From a virus, in IMG/VR virus record IMGVR_UViG_3300011969_000001: a stretch of 51,157 nt of DNA. One strand, 5' to 3'. The position numbers and the translations under genes were made by a program. The notes under the pieces are model-generated. The model made no database searches and was not told the DNA's origin. It worked only from the letters and a program-made list of their open reading frames with translations. Below are positions 28,009 to 38,811 of this stretch, piece after piece. Every line of letters starts with the position of its first letter. The stretch's first letter is position 1.

Positions 28009-28532
28009 TAAAATTCACCTCCATCTAAAGCTACTTCTGTGAAAGTATCCCCGAACATTCCAGCATCAACTGGGCTTGTGGCTTCTAGGAGTGACTCAGC
28101 AAGTTGGGCATCGTACTGAGCCTGTAGATCTAACATTTTAGCGTCCAACTCAGGAATTACATTGGCACTTATCAACCCTGTGCCATTGTCTAAGCTATCT
28201 AGAACAGTGAACGAGAACTGTGCAGTGCTTAGCCGATTCCCATTTAGCGAAAAGCTGATCTCGCCTTTTACAGTTCCTACGGCAGCTAAAGTTTGAGATA
28301 GCAACTTACATTCCAATGTCCCACTTGGACCATCTAATATAGTAACCCCTGTAGTTTGGTCTTGAATTACGAGTGTAAAATCTGGTTTCATGAAAGCTAC
28401 TCTAACACTCTGACCTGTGATATCAACAGGCCAAATTGAATCCAATATAGTAAACTCAATCACACTATTACCATTATCATTTTGAACAAAATCTGCTGTC
28501 AATACAGATACCTGTTTGAAATCCAAGTTCAT
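28008..28532 (-). CDS. BppU-like baseplate upper protein N-terminal domain
   Basis: FVQNDNG...DITG..V.V.FMKPD.T.V...LA.VG.V.GEI. Confidence 0.7.
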   Translation of the reverse strand: MNLDFKQVSVLTADFVQNDNGNSVIEFTILDSIWPVDITGQSVRVAFMKPDFTLVIQDQTTGVTILDGPSGTLECKLLSQTLAAVGTVKGEISFSLNGNRLSTAQFSFTVLDSLDNGTGLISANVIPELDAKMLDLQAQYDAQLAESLLEATSPVDAGMFGDTFTEVALDGGEF

Positions 28533-28582
28533 TTTGTATCGGTTTTCTATGATAAACGCCTCCCTAACTTATTTTTGAGCAT

Positions 28583-28607
28583 AAAAAATACCCCTGACCG
28601 TGGGGGT
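28583..28607 (-). terminator. Intrinsic terminator
   Basis: ACCCC-loop-GGGGT + ATTTTTT. Confidence 0.6.
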
Positions 28608-28626
28608 TGATTTCCTTAAATTTCTA

Positions 28627-28938
28627 TTAACCGATCTTGAATGTAATGTGGAGCATCTGCTCCAGCAACCAAATCGTAAAAACTGATCCTGTGGTCAACA
28701 ATGTCCAAAGAATTTTCTGTTTCCCTGCCTGTAGCTTCTTGATTTCATCATCGACATCTTTTCGGCATACAGTACAATCTGCTTTCATAGCAAACTCAGA
28801 TTTACTACGAGCACCCTCTAGCTTCATTTCCATTAACAAGTTGTAGAGGACATCGATCTTGCTTTTAACCTCTGCAATTCCCCGAACTTGCTCCTCCAAT
28901 GTGGATACACGTTCTAATAAATCCTTATCCTCTGACAC
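28627..28938 (-). CDS. Coiled-coil + C-terminal TM protein (XhlA-like)
   Basis: ERVSTLEE coiled coil, C-terminal hydrophobic helix. Confidence 0.6.
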   Translation of the reverse strand: MSEDKDLLERVSTLEEQVRGIAEVKSKIDVLYNLLMEMKLEGARSKSEFAMKADCTVCRKDVDDEIKKLQAGKQKILWTLLTTGSVFTIWLLEQMLHITFKIG

Positions 28939-28989
28939 TGCATTGCCCTCCTCCTATTGGTGCTTCTATAAAACAAAGACCCCAACAGG

Positions 28990-29556
28990 TTACCCTGCAG
29001 GAGTCATTAACCAAACAATGCTATCTAATACCTCTACTGTGCTTGCACTCATTACAGCCCCACCACTATTTGTTAATGCTTGGGATTTACTATGCATACC
29101 GAATTTCCACATTGTTAGCTCCGATCCAAACTGTTGTAATTGAAGCTTAGTGTGAAAGACCACTTCCCCATCTTTAAGGGTAATTGCTAGAGGGAAAGCA
29201 GCATCTGGGATGAAACCACTTTGCAGTGAGGAGAATACCTCTACCCAAAGCTTTTGACTTTCTTCACTGTAATCATAAATGTGGGATACCCCTGTGCAGG
29301 ATGAAGCAAATCCATCTAGCATATTTTGTTCGTAAGCTTGCTTGATTTGCTCTATTTTTAAAGTCTTCAGATGGGCTAGAACATATTCTTCAGATTTACC
29401 CTCCCCCCATACTTTATTGACTGAATCCCATTGGGGATGGTGAAACCCTGGTTCAGCTTGAACCTCTACACAATCCCCAGGGGTTAATTCGTCATCTTCA
29501 AGCAATATATCTTCAATGAACATTCCATTAGTATCAATTCTATGAACCATTTTCAT
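28990..29556 (-). CDS. Tail fibre assembly/chaperone protein (DUF4376-like)
   Basis: RIDTNGMFIED..PGFHHPQWD..W.EG; follows tail fibre. Confidence 0.6.
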   Translation of the reverse strand: MKMVHRIDTNGMFIEDILLEDDELTPGDCVEVQAEPGFHHPQWDSVNKVWGEGKSEEYVLAHLKTLKIEQIKQAYEQNMLDGFASSCTGVSHIYDYSEESQKLWVEVFSSLQSGFIPDAAFPLAITLKDGEVVFHTKLQLQQFGSELTMWKFGMHSKSQALTNSGGAVMSASTVEVLDSIVWLMTPAG

Positions 29557-29626
29557 ATGAGAACCTCCTTAGATTAAATTACCAAGTCGGGAAGCAAACT
29601 CCATCAAAGCTATATTGGATCACCTC

Positions 29627-30487
29627 CTATACCTCTGCTCTGAGGTGGATGTTGTGTAATGAAACCCAAGTATTTGAACCTGTCATTTGGGCTACAGCAC
29701 CATCAGAACCTACGACAACCTCTGAGAAAAGATCAGCTCCTACACAAGCAAACGGAGTGTAACCTGAAGGTCTGCACCCTGCAGGTAAAGTAAAAATAGT
29801 TCCAGCTCCACTTTTCACCATTCCAGCCAGATGAACAATACCAAAATCATCTTTGTAGTATGAAGCTCTTGGATACTGAGGGTAAGCACCATAATTTACC
29901 CAAGCACCTAACATAGTGGGGATAATCCAAGGCTTGGGGGTCAGGTAACTTCCACCTATAGCTAAAGTTGTCCCTGTCGTATTTAACGTAGGGACACTTG
30001 CTGGCATTGCTGCTGAACCAGTACTTGCTGGCATGCCAGTTCCCCTAGTAGCATCGAGCATGTTGTCAGCAAAAGTTCCACCAACAGGGTTCGTGAAGAA
30101 GCCAACGAACTTTTCCGTTCCAGTGGCTCCTGCTCCTGCCGTTCTATAAATAGCTATGCCAATAACAGGGGCTGTAAAGGCTGGAATAGTCACGTTTACT
30201 ATTTGGTTTGAAGGAGTAATCGTAGATTCTGCCCCTGCTACAAATCCACTCATGTAATAATTTACAGCTGAGTCTTTCCACCCAGTTACACTAACTAATT
30301 GATACTTGACAGCAAGGGTTACTACCCCTACTGCTCCAAGGGCTAGTGTTGGAGCTACTGGGGCTGTAGTTACGTTAGCTAAATTAATAGCACCCATATC
30401 TGCTTGACCAGTCATAACCAATCTGAACTGATCAATATCAGCAGCCATTGGTGCTGTGCCTGGGTTCACAGTTTTAAAGTTTGACAT
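29627..30487 (-). CDS. Tail fibre protein
   Basis: C-terminal WVNY..YYKD.FGIVHL.G..KSG..IFTLP.G.RP tip domain. Confidence 0.75.
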   Translation of the reverse strand: MSNFKTVNPGTAPMAADIDQFRLVMTGQADMGAINLANVTTAPVAPTLALGAVGVVTLAVKYQLVSVTGWKDSAVNYYMSGFVAGAESTITPSNQIVNVTIPAFTAPVIGIAIYRTAGAGATGTEKFVGFFTNPVGGTFADNMLDATRGTGMPASTGSAAMPASVPTLNTTGTTLAIGGSYLTPKPWIIPTMLGAWVNYGAYPQYPRASYYKDDFGIVHLAGMVKSGAGTIFTLPAGCRPSGYTPFACVGADLFSEVVVGSDGAVAQMTGSNTWVSLHNIHLRAEV

Positions 30488-30516
30488 TATCTAACTCCTC
30501 CCTTATATTTGGGCAT

Positions 30517-30556
30517 AAAAAAGCACCCTAAAGAGAGTCCTTCAAAGGTGCTTTTT
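30517..30556. terminator. Bidirectional-type terminator
   Basis: AAAAAAGCACC...GGTGCTTTTT. Confidence 0.8.
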
Positions 30557-30566
30557 CTTTGCTAGG

Positions 30567-31046
30567 TTAGTTTCCTATATGAATGACAGACCACTGCACC
30601 GTGACCGTATCCCCAGTGAGTTTTACAAAGCTTGGTAGTTGAACATGAGCAAACATTGAATTGTTAACATCAAAAAGCCCTGCCTCTGTCCACGTACCTA
30701 CTGCTTCACCTGTGTTGTAAGTTACTGAATACTGACTCGTGTAATTGAGCCAGACGGTACTAAAGTCAAGGTTCTGGATACCTGTTCCTGTCATTGGAAT
30801 CCAAAGGTTAGTGTCTGAGGGGTCAGGACTTGTCATTGGAGGAGTTGGATTACCAGTCCCCACTTGAATCTTAGAGGGGACTGTTGGTACGACATAATTA
30901 GCAGCTGTTGGTCCGACCCACATATTAGCAGCCTGTGCTCGTGCAAAGTTGGTTATTTGATTTTTAAATAAATGCTCTGTAATTATTCCATGCTCATCCG
31001 TCTTAGTAATCTTCACGTACCCAAAGGCTGTTAAAGAATCCATCAT
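30567..31046 (-). CDS. Minor tail/baseplate protein
   Basis: KNQIT..., QVGTG, WTEAGLF, position in tail module; RBS GGAGG. Confidence 0.6.
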   Translation of the reverse strand: MMDSLTAFGYVKITKTDEHGIITEHLFKNQITNFARAQAANMWVGPTAANYVVPTVPSKIQVGTGNPTPPMTSPDPSDTNLWIPMTGTGIQNLDFSTVWLNYTSQYSVTYNTGEAVGTWTEAGLFDVNNSMFAHVQLPSFVKLTGDTVTVQWSVIHIGN

Positions 31047-33040
31047 GAGTAAATCCCTCCTTGGTTCCAATTAAAACTAGTTTGTGGGGTTAGGTTGAGA
31101 TCCCCATTTAGGGGCAACTTCATTACTGTAGTTGTATCTGTAAATAAAGGGGAAGCCGTAAGAAACCCTGCTAACACTTCTAAGGTAGTCAAGGATCGAG
31201 TAAACACTGTTATATCTTGCATCACAGAATCTAATGAGTAACTGAGTCCATCACTGTAAACCCCGAAGTATGCCGTAGAGGAAAATGCTGTAGAAAGAAC
31301 TGGAGAAGGGACCGTAACAACAACCACTCCATCCACGAGTAAATCACAAGCCCCAGCTGACCATCGGACAGTAAACATATGCCAACCAAGAGAAAAGTCT
31401 GTGATGGTTGAGGTGTATATAGCTGTGCCAGCATTGTTGCATACCTTTACTGCCCAAGTTGCAGTGTTTTGAGAGTGATACACCCTAAAGGCATCAAATC
31501 CCCCAGCATTTAAGATTGAAAATAGAGCTGGGTATATTGCAGGGACTTGACGTTGAGTGTTTGCAGTTACATTAACCCACATGTTGATCGTCCCTGCCGT
31601 AGGAGAGAATCCTGTAGTAGGAACGGTTAGTGCCTCTGCAATACGAGTAGATGGGAGTGAGACACTATCATTACGATGATGACTTGTTGCATATGCTTTA
31701 TTCTCTAGCTGTAAACCACCGTAACTTATCATAATCCCTCCAAGTAAAGGAGGTCTTAGCTTAATGATTATTGAGGTAGCAGTTTCTCCTGCAGGGAACG
31801 TACCTTTAATCGTAAACTGTTGAGGGACGTTTGCTACATTAAAGGTTAGTATAGATGCCCCAAGTGGGGATCCTAGCCCTCCAGAAGCCATCGGCCCTAA
31901 CATCCCTAATAGGGCAATATCCCCTTCTTGGGTACAGGAGGCAATGAACGTCAAAGTCCAAGTTGTACTTGCAAGGGAAGACCCAAAACTAGCAATAGGA
32001 GACTTGACGTAATTATCAGTAGCAGACTGCACATTATGGGTTACTTGAAGTGAGTTACTACCAACGGAAGAAACTGCAGGACCAACTCCCAACACGTTTG
32101 ACAAAGCTGCATTGTTTTGGCAGACCCAACCTAAGGGCACTGGTCCCCAAAGTGATGAGCCACTGGCTATGATACCTGTGTCACATTGAAGACCAAAATT
32201 AAACCCTTGAGACAAATCCCCTGTGCCAGATAGAGTCCCTAACAAAGTTCCCCCAGTATTAGTTAGATATAGCTTTGCTGTAACTACGTTGGCTGTGCTG
32301 ATGGATACTGTAATACAGTAGAGGGTGTTAGCTAACTGTGAAAAAGCTACACTTCCTAATGAAGTATCACTAGTTGCACCAGTAGGTCCGTCCCCAATAA
32401 TGTCATCGATAGAGAAGTACCCAGAGCTAATTCCACACTCATAATAATTGTATTCATCTATCATTACTAAAATTGAGCAACCACTAGTGTTAGTCGTGGT
32501 TTTAAAAGTGGCTTGAAATTGCAATGGCACACTAGCTCCTCCAATAGTAGCAGCCAATGGCTTCCAAGTATTATTACCAACTTCAAGCCTACTCTCTGAA
32601 ACAGAACCACAAGAAGTAGCCCCTGCTGCCCCAAAGGTAAATGCCCCTGCAACCGTTACCCAAGCAGTATTGTTATTTTGCAAAGTATCTGAAAATAGTG
32701 CTTGAGTGACACTGTCAATTGCCACAAAGTCAGAATTTAGAATGTAATTAACTGTGGCTTCCTCAACCAATAGTCCTTTACCAAAAGGTGCAGGAGTGTT
32801 AACAAATCTAGGCATGTCTGGTAACACAGTTTTTCCATCGATATTGTTTGTGATTGATGCTCTGGTGAAGGTAGCCTGTGTCCCTGCTAACCAAGTGTAG
32901 GGGCCTACTGTTTTTTTAAGGGAAACATTTTCTCCTAACTGATTCTGCTCAGTGGGGGATTGGAACTTTTGCAGTACTATGTTGGAAGGATCTGTATCGT
33001 CTTGACTGTTCAAACTCAGAGATTCAATAAGCTTTACCAT
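31043..33040 (-). CDS. Tail protein with LamG/concanavalin-like domain
   Basis: GLLVEEATVNYILNS, GTINMWV, WHMFTVRWS...LLVDG; start 33040 or 33061. Confidence 0.7.
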   Translation of the reverse strand: MVKLIESLSLNSQDDTDPSNIVLQKFQSPTEQNQLGENVSLKKTVGPYTWLAGTQATFTRASITNNIDGKTVLPDMPRFVNTPAPFGKGLLVEEATVNYILNSDFVAIDSVTQALFSDTLQNNNTAWVTVAGAFTFGAAGATSCGSVSESRLEVGNNTWKPLAATIGGASVPLQFQATFKTTTNTSGCSILVMIDEYNYYECGISSGYFSIDDIIGDGPTGATSDTSLGSVAFSQLANTLYCITVSISTANVVTAKLYLTNTGGTLLGTLSGTGDLSQGFNFGLQCDTGIIASGSSLWGPVPLGWVCQNNAALSNVLGVGPAVSSVGSNSLQVTHNVQSATDNYVKSPIASFGSSLASTTWTLTFIASCTQEGDIALLGMLGPMASGGLGSPLGASILTFNVANVPQQFTIKGTFPAGETATSIIIKLRPPLLGGIMISYGGLQLENKAYATSHHRNDSVSLPSTRIAEALTVPTTGFSPTAGTINMWVNVTANTQRQVPAIYPALFSILNAGGFDAFRVYHSQNTATWAVKVCNNAGTAIYTSTITDFSLGWHMFTVRWSAGACDLLVDGVVVVTVPSPVLSTAFSSTAYFGVYSDGLSYSLDSVMQDITVFTRSLTTLEVLAGFLTASPLFTDTTTVMKLPLNGDLNLTPQTSFNWNQGGIYS

Positions 33041-33061
33041 TGCTCCTACGTCATTGGGCAT

Positions 33062-33095
33062 AAAAAAAGACCCCTTTCCTAGACTAGATAAGGAC
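33062..33095 (-). terminator. Putative terminator
   Basis: Imperfect hairpin + T7. Confidence 0.45.
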
Positions 33096-34548
33096 TGTTG
33101 GCAAATTCTATTTGATTTCTAACCATGAAGTTACCATTAATGTTGTTTACTATTGTCTTAGTTACTCGGAGAACATACATCTTTGTGTTTATTCCACCCA
33201 TTCGTTTCCTTGTCACCAAGGTGAATGACTGCCCTGCTCTCCAACCAGAGGTGTATGATTCAAACGATCCAGTAATTTGTGGAACACCATATTTCTGTAC
33301 TAGTAATTGGGCTTTAGATTGAGGGGCTGCAATTGTACTATTTGTTAAGGATTTATCCTCTTGGGAATACTCGTAAACTCCGTCTGAACCCTCAACTGCA
33401 GCAATAGCAACTTGGCTCATAGCATCCTGTCCCATGTATATGACATCTTTCATATAATAAAAATGAGCAGCTACAATCTGGCCTGTAGAAACTGGGGTCA
33501 TGCTTCCGTCATAGTTTGGTATTCGTAATAAATGTTGTGTATAGTGTATATAGGCTGTTTGAAGGCCCCCTGGTTGGTTAGGTGCTCCATCAACAATGTC
33601 CTTCTTCATAGTCATTGGAACCCCCAAGGTAGCAACCCCTGTGGTTTGGAAGGAAATATCTGCATTGTAGTTAGCCACGTTCATGTAGACTGCTACGGAG
33701 ATATCATTTTTAAGTGAACTCACACGATAGCCGAGGGACCACTGAACAGTGGTATCATCCCCAGGAAAGGATAAATTAAGGGAGTTTGCACTTCGGGTCT
33801 TAAACCCTCGAAGGAAAATACGATTATAAACTTGTTGACCATCCTCAACTAATTCCAAATCTCCATAACTAGCTAGGTCGTTATCCACGTCCAAGACATT
33901 GTTAGGTAATGGACTTTTAAGTTGTTCAAAAGGGTAGAAGTGAACGTCCTTGTAGTAATCAATATAAAATCCATACTCTAATTGATCTGCAATATTCTTA
34001 ATTGCATTGGACGGTGTAGTGTAATTGAAGTACTGAGGAACAATTTGGTTTGGGGTTGGCATCACATTGTTACAAGTGAACCCTGGGCAATATTGTTTCA
34101 CGATCCGATTAACGATCCCATCACCGTTACCGTTGGTCACTGAAATATTCATGTTTGCTGCATCACCAGGCACAAGGGCTAACAGTTGACTTCTAGTTCC
34201 TGCTACATAATATTGGGAGTACCATTCAACCACTAAGTGCCGATTAAACCAGTGCTCGTAGGATTTGACTACGACATTGTACATTAAGCTTGGTCCCTCA
34301 GTGGTCTCAGATATTTGAACTACGACTCCTCCAAAATCACGAGCTAATTCAACCCCCGATGTCGTATCAACGGTAGACCAAATAAACTCTTGCCCAGCAA
34401 ATGGTCTTGGCAGTTCTCCGTCAAGTTGCAAGGTAAGCCCAGCACTATCACTGGTCATTACAACATTGTTGTCTACGTGGACACTTCCGATATCAATGTA
34501 ACTTGTGTAATCGATCCCACCAATCGTTAACAGGATCTTACTTGCCAT
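33079..34548 (-). CDS. Minor tail (tail tip/hub) protein
   Basis: First gene after tape measure; YGFYIDYYKDVHF, YNRIFLRG, GWRAGQ. Confidence 0.65.
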   Translation of the reverse strand: MASKILLTIGGIDYTSYIDIGSVHVDNNVVMTSDSAGLTLQLDGELPRPFAGQEFIWSTVDTTSGVELARDFGGVVVQISETTEGPSLMYNVVVKSYEHWFNRHLVVEWYSQYYVAGTRSQLLALVPGDAANMNISVTNGNGDGIVNRIVKQYCPGFTCNNVMPTPNQIVPQYFNYTTPSNAIKNIADQLEYGFYIDYYKDVHFYPFEQLKSPLPNNVLDVDNDLASYGDLELVEDGQQVYNRIFLRGFKTRSANSLNLSFPGDDTTVQWSLGYRVSSLKNDISVAVYMNVANYNADISFQTTGVATLGVPMTMKKDIVDGAPNQPGGLQTAYIHYTQHLLRIPNYDGSMTPVSTGQIVAAHFYYMKDVIYMGQDAMSQVAIAAVEGSDGVYEYSQEDKSLTNSTIAAPQSKAQLLVQKYGVPQITGSFESYTSGWRAGQSFTLVTRKRMGGINTKMYVLRVTKTIVNNINGNFMVRNQIEFANSPYLV

Positions 34549-34622
34549 TAAGGTATCCTCCTTTAATCGAGAAATAGTGTTATATATTTAGTTGCCTTGT
34601 AAGGGCAAATTATGAACAATTT

Positions 34623-34654
34623 AAAAGGAAAGAAGAGACCTTTCGGCCCCTCCC
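34623..34654 (-). terminator. Putative terminator after tape measure
   Basis: GGGGCC-GAAA-GGTCTC + pyrimidine/T-rich tail. Confidence 0.45.
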
Positions 34655-34656
34655 TA

Positions 34657-37600
34657 TTAATTGACCATTGCCATTTGCAATCGTAACTGCTTTGCAATGT
34701 CTTGACCTATTTGTGCTCCATTTTTACCGACTCCATTGACGTTAATCGTGTAAGTGTTATTCTGGGTTTTGTTACCTCCACCACCACTGCCACCACCCAT
34801 GTTGACCATACGATTCATCGAGGATTGATGTGGGGTGATCTTTGAACCGTTTGGAACTTTGATTAACTCTGGGCCATCTTCACCGACCCAAGATTCTCCA
34901 TTACTATTACTGAAGAAATCCGTACCTTGAGCATTCCTTTGAGCACCAGTAGCTTTTCCTGTATTGGCACTACCACTGTAGTCAATGGTTTCTTTATACC
35001 CGAGAGCTTTGTTGATATTAGCATTGAGATTTGCAACCCAGCTGCTTGAATTAGCAGCTAGATTTGAAAAGAAGGATGACATGTTAATTCCGAACCTTTG
35101 CCATCCTGTAAGCATAGCTCCAGTGGTCAAGTTCACCTCGTTAACAAGCCCTGGTCGTTCATTTTGCAGAGCAAACATAGTATCGTTGTAAGTGCCAGTA
35201 ATCTGGCTCAGAACTCCTGTGTGCTGTTTTGTAGCACTGTCTATTGCATCAGAAGCTTGCTGGTTGGTCATAGTGTGAAGCACGTCTCTGTTCCGTATAA
35301 CCGTGGCAACAATGTCTTGATACTTTTTATTCTCTTGGTCTGTAGCACCGTTTCTAGCAGCAGCAGCATTTTTAAGAGTGTCACTAGCAATCTTAGCTGT
35401 TACTTCTCCGTGATCAGACTCTAGTATTGCAAGAATAGCTTTCTGCTGTATTTCACCCTCTGAGAGTTCCAGTACGGCACCTTTGGTCATAGCTTGGAAG
35501 TCTCGGATTAGTTGCTCTTTCATATCGTCAGTGACTTTGATTCCAGCCTTAGACATTTCAGCCACTTTATCAGACACATTTTTGTTCATTGCATCAGCTT
35601 CAGCAGTGACCCCTAGTTTCTGTCTATTAGCAGTGTCAACCATGCTATTATAAGTTGCTTCATCGATTACCTTTGAGTCCTTAAACAGCTTATTGGCACT
35701 GGCTATTTCTTCCGTGTACCGAGACTTGGCTGTAGTAATGACCTTGTCGTGCATGTCTTTAGAAGCAGCAATTACATTAGCAGCTGTATCTTTTGAGATG
35801 GCTCCACCTTTGATATCAAGTTCTTCTAATTGTGTCAAAACACGATTGGACATTGTAACAACAGAAGCTACTGACTCATTGGACATTTTTGTAATGTCGT
35901 TAGTGTAGTCTGATCCCCAGAAGAAGGTCTTAATTTTTCCTCCTAAGTCAGCCATAGTGTTAGCAGTCTCGTTAATGAAATCTTGGAACGGTTGGAAGTG
36001 TTGGTACAATTCAAATAAGGCAACCCCTACACCAGCAATTATCCCTACTATTGGCAAGAACCCTAAGGCCAACCCACTAGCAGCAACCTCGGCTCCACCG
36101 ACTGCAACCGTAGCACCCTCAGTAGCTACAGCTAATACACCAGTTGCTCCAGCTAATCCGTCTGTAGCAAGTATTGCTTCTCCATTGGCAAGCACAGTAG
36201 CCCCAGTAGCCACGTTTAACTCTTCACGAGCAATTGCTGCTCCTTCAGAAGCTACACCAGAAGCACTAGTAGCAACCGTAAGTTCTGTGGTTGCAACAGT
36301 AGCAGCAGGAGTTCTTGTGAGCAAATCACCTAATGCAATGTGGAAGAATTTAAACATTGCTACAGTATTCATGAAGGCTCCACTGAGCAGTAAGGTTACC
36401 CCTGTGAGAGCACCAGCAGAAACAACGAATGTTTGCATAGGTTCTGATAAACCACTGAACCAATCGATCATCTTCTGACCTTCAACGACTAATTTCTCTA
36501 CCACTGGAAGGAGGGCAATCCCGATTGTTTTTTGCATGGTCTCAAAGTTAGACTTCAAAACTTGCATACGACCAGCAGCATTGTCCATCTTTGCAGCCAT
36601 CAACTCGTGAGCAGAACCTGTTTTGTTAACATCCCCTGTCAAGGTGACTAACTCTTCATCCGTTGTGTGAAGGATTGCCTCCATGCCCCCGAGAGATCTC
36701 ATTCCGAACATGGTTTTCATTGCTACTTCTGTTTGCATAGGGGACAGTTTCCCCATTGATTCCTGCAGGATATCGTGCATATCTGCCAAGCTTTTTACTT
36801 TCCCAGAAGCATCAAAGAACTTGTTTCCTCCGTCTTTAGTGATGATTCCTAGTTCTTTCATCTTATCGATTGCTGGGCCAGTTCTTCCGGGTAAATCAGC
36901 AAGCATTGCCCTTAGCATCGTACCTGACTGAGTACCTTTGATCCCTGCTTTTGCCAGTAATGAGAGTGCTGTGGAAACGTCCGTCAACGGTAAGCCAAGG
37001 CCCCCAGCAAGAGGTCCGACATACTTCAATGTATCTAGAAATTCACTCATTGTCATACGAGCATTGTGCATGGCTCCAGAAATCATGTCTCCGACTTTGC
37101 TGAATTGCTCCTCAGTCGTTGCACCAAACTGTTTAACAGAGGGGCCATACTCATTCAAGATATCGGTCATTACGTTTGCAGTATCAATTAATGAACTATC
37201 AGTTGCACCAGCAACATCCTGCACCGTTTTAATGGCACCACCCATAATGTTTGAGTAGTTGACTCCTTGCTTTGACATAACATACATTGCATCAGCCAAG
37301 TCATTTGCCGAGAATAAACCAACTTTTCCTAACTCAAGAGCTTTGTTAGATAGGTCTTCTACCTCTTTAGTAGTTAGTTGGGTGGCAGGGGTTAGTCGTT
37401 CATTCAAAGTGGCTGTGATAGAGCTTACTGAGTGTTCAAAGTCAGCCCCAGCTTTAATGGACTCTACAAAGAACCCTGTAACTTTTCGTCCAACACCTTC
37501 AATAGTAGAACCTACCATCTGTAAAGAAGCAGCCTTTGACATTGAGCCGAAGCTTTCAGCAGCAGTTATTGCAGCTCTCGAAACTTCAGACTCAGCAGTG

Positions 37601-38283
37601 ACGGTCCGAGCAAGAGCAACATTAACTCCAGTGATCTGCTCATACATGCCTTTCCATGTGCTACTGTTTTCCTCACCAAGTAATCGAGTCAGTCCTGAGA
37701 GAGTGGAGTCCTTCTCGATGATCCCCTGGAGGGCAGTTTGGATCTCCTTAGAGGACATTACTACAGTTTCTCTCCACTTATTTACGGAGGCAACTAGAGG
37801 CCCATCTGTCTCATTTTTTATAGCAGTTAAGTTGCTTACCACTCCAACTCTCATCTCGGTGGTTGCTTGATATACACGTTTCATATCGGATGTAGACATG
37901 TCTGCAAAACCATTGGCTGCAGCCCCTGCACCTTTGAAAGCTTCTGAGTTTGCTCTAGACCACTCTAATAAAGCATCCCGAGTGAGATAGATCTCTTCAC
38001 GTTCTGTTTTCTGAGTTCCGGTTATAGCTTCACTCGATGCAATGGCTGCTTCCGAAGTAGCTTTCATGCCGTCTTGCATTGCTTTCGTAGAACCTGACAC
38101 GGTCTCACTTGTTGCCGTGAAAGACTCAGCTGTAACCTTCATAGCTTCTTGAACTGGCTTTACAGTCTCAGAAACGACCTTCATGCTCTCCATTACTTTG
38201 GCAGCAAACTCTTTAAAGATTTGGGAAGCCTCGTCTTTGGCAGTGATTATCAGTCCTAATTTTGCACTTACTTCAGTTGCCAT
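34657..38283 (-). CDS. Tail tape measure protein (TP901-type core)
   Basis: 1208 aa helical; GIKGTQSGTMLR, DNAAGR, WVGEDGPELI. Confidence 0.92.
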   Translation of the reverse strand: MATEVSAKLGLIITAKDEASQIFKEFAAKVMESMKVVSETVKPVQEAMKVTAESFTATSETVSGSTKAMQDGMKATSEAAIASSEAITGTQKTEREEIYLTRDALLEWSRANSEAFKGAGAAANGFADMSTSDMKRVYQATTEMRVGVVSNLTAIKNETDGPLVASVNKWRETVVMSSKEIQTALQGIIEKDSTLSGLTRLLGEENSSTWKGMYEQITGVNVALARTVTAESEVSRAAITAAESFGSMSKAASLQMVGSTIEGVGRKVTGFFVESIKAGADFEHSVSSITATLNERLTPATQLTTKEVEDLSNKALELGKVGLFSANDLADAMYVMSKQGVNYSNIMGGAIKTVQDVAGATDSSLIDTANVMTDILNEYGPSVKQFGATTEEQFSKVGDMISGAMHNARMTMSEFLDTLKYVGPLAGGLGLPLTDVSTALSLLAKAGIKGTQSGTMLRAMLADLPGRTGPAIDKMKELGIITKDGGNKFFDASGKVKSLADMHDILQESMGKLSPMQTEVAMKTMFGMRSLGGMEAILHTTDEELVTLTGDVNKTGSAHELMAAKMDNAAGRMQVLKSNFETMQKTIGIALLPVVEKLVVEGQKMIDWFSGLSEPMQTFVVSAGALTGVTLLLSGAFMNTVAMFKFFHIALGDLLTRTPAATVATTELTVATSASGVASEGAAIAREELNVATGATVLANGEAILATDGLAGATGVLAVATEGATVAVGGAEVAASGLALGFLPIVGIIAGVGVALFELYQHFQPFQDFINETANTMADLGGKIKTFFWGSDYTNDITKMSNESVASVVTMSNRVLTQLEELDIKGGAISKDTAANVIAASKDMHDKVITTAKSRYTEEIASANKLFKDSKVIDEATYNSMVDTANRQKLGVTAEADAMNKNVSDKVAEMSKAGIKVTDDMKEQLIRDFQAMTKGAVLELSEGEIQQKAILAILESDHGEVTAKIASDTLKNAAAARNGATDQENKKYQDIVATVIRNRDVLHTMTNQQASDAIDSATKQHTGVLSQITGTYNDTMFALQNERPGLVNEVNLTTGAMLTGWQRFGINMSSFFSNLAANSSSWVANLNANINKALGYKETIDYSGSANTGKATGAQRNAQGTDFFSNSNGESWVGEDGPELIKVPNGSKITPHQSSMNRMVNMGGGSGGGGNKTQNNTYTINVNGVGKNGAQIGQDIAKQLRLQMAMVN

Positions 38284-38305
38284 TCTCTATAATTCACTCC
38301 CTCCC

Positions 38306-38500
38306 TTAAGCCTGGGATTTCTGATAGGCATTCTCCCTTTGCAGAAAAAGAAAAGCCAGCTCGATTTTGTCTGCTGGCTGTTCGTCTAATTCTGTATAAG
38401 TCCATCCCATCGAACGGATGAGGGAGAACTCTGCATACTCAAGGGGCACTTTATCGGTGTATCCCCTGAGAGCTGAGTCCACCCTCGTTATTAGTTTTTT
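38306..38500 (-). CDS. -1 frameshift extension of tail assembly chaperone (gpT-like)
   Basis: Slippery A AAA AAC at 38494-38500 just before TAA; -1 frame open: KLITRVDSALRG...MGWTYTELDEQPADKIE...QA*. Confidence 0.85.
   Translation of the reverse strand, partial: KKLITRVDSALRGYTDKVPLEYAEFSLIRSMGWTYTELDEQPADKIELAFLFLQRENAYQKSQA
38345..38379 (-). terminator. Terminator-like hairpin inside the chaperone extension
   Basis: AGCCAGC-12 nt-GCTGGCT + TTTCTTTTT. Confidence 0.5.
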
Positions 38501-38811
38501 CTGCTTACTGCTGCCGATTTCAATTCAGAGAACTTCAAGGTAACTGCTTCAATCACAACAGATGGACAAGTTTTGACAGTCTCTTCCGTCAATGGGAACA
38601 CCAAGAGGGCACCATCTTCGTCTTCGATGTTTCCACTCTTGATGATGGCAATAGCAACCATTTCAGCTACGTCAAGCTGAGAAGACGAACTTACATCGGA
38701 AAGAACGATTGTGGTGATCTGTTTTTGTAAGCCCCAAGATAAGAACTTAGGTTCTTTAATTTCTACGAATTGACCATCACCAAGAGCTTCAATATCTACA
38801 CGAATTGCCAT
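38491..38811 (-). CDS. Tail assembly chaperone (gpG-like)
   Basis: Between tail tube and tape measure; slippery site at 3' end. Confidence 0.8.
   Translation of the reverse strand: MAIRVDIEALGDGQFVEIKEPKFLSWGLQKQITTIVLSDVSSSSQLDVAEMVAIAIIKSGNIEDEDGALLVFPLTEETVKTCPSVVIEAVTLKFSELKSAAVSRKN

Noticed and set aside
34985-38389. + strand ORFs inside the tape measure gene, and similar antisense ORFs elsewhere
   Set aside because: Shadow ORFs opposite well-supported genes
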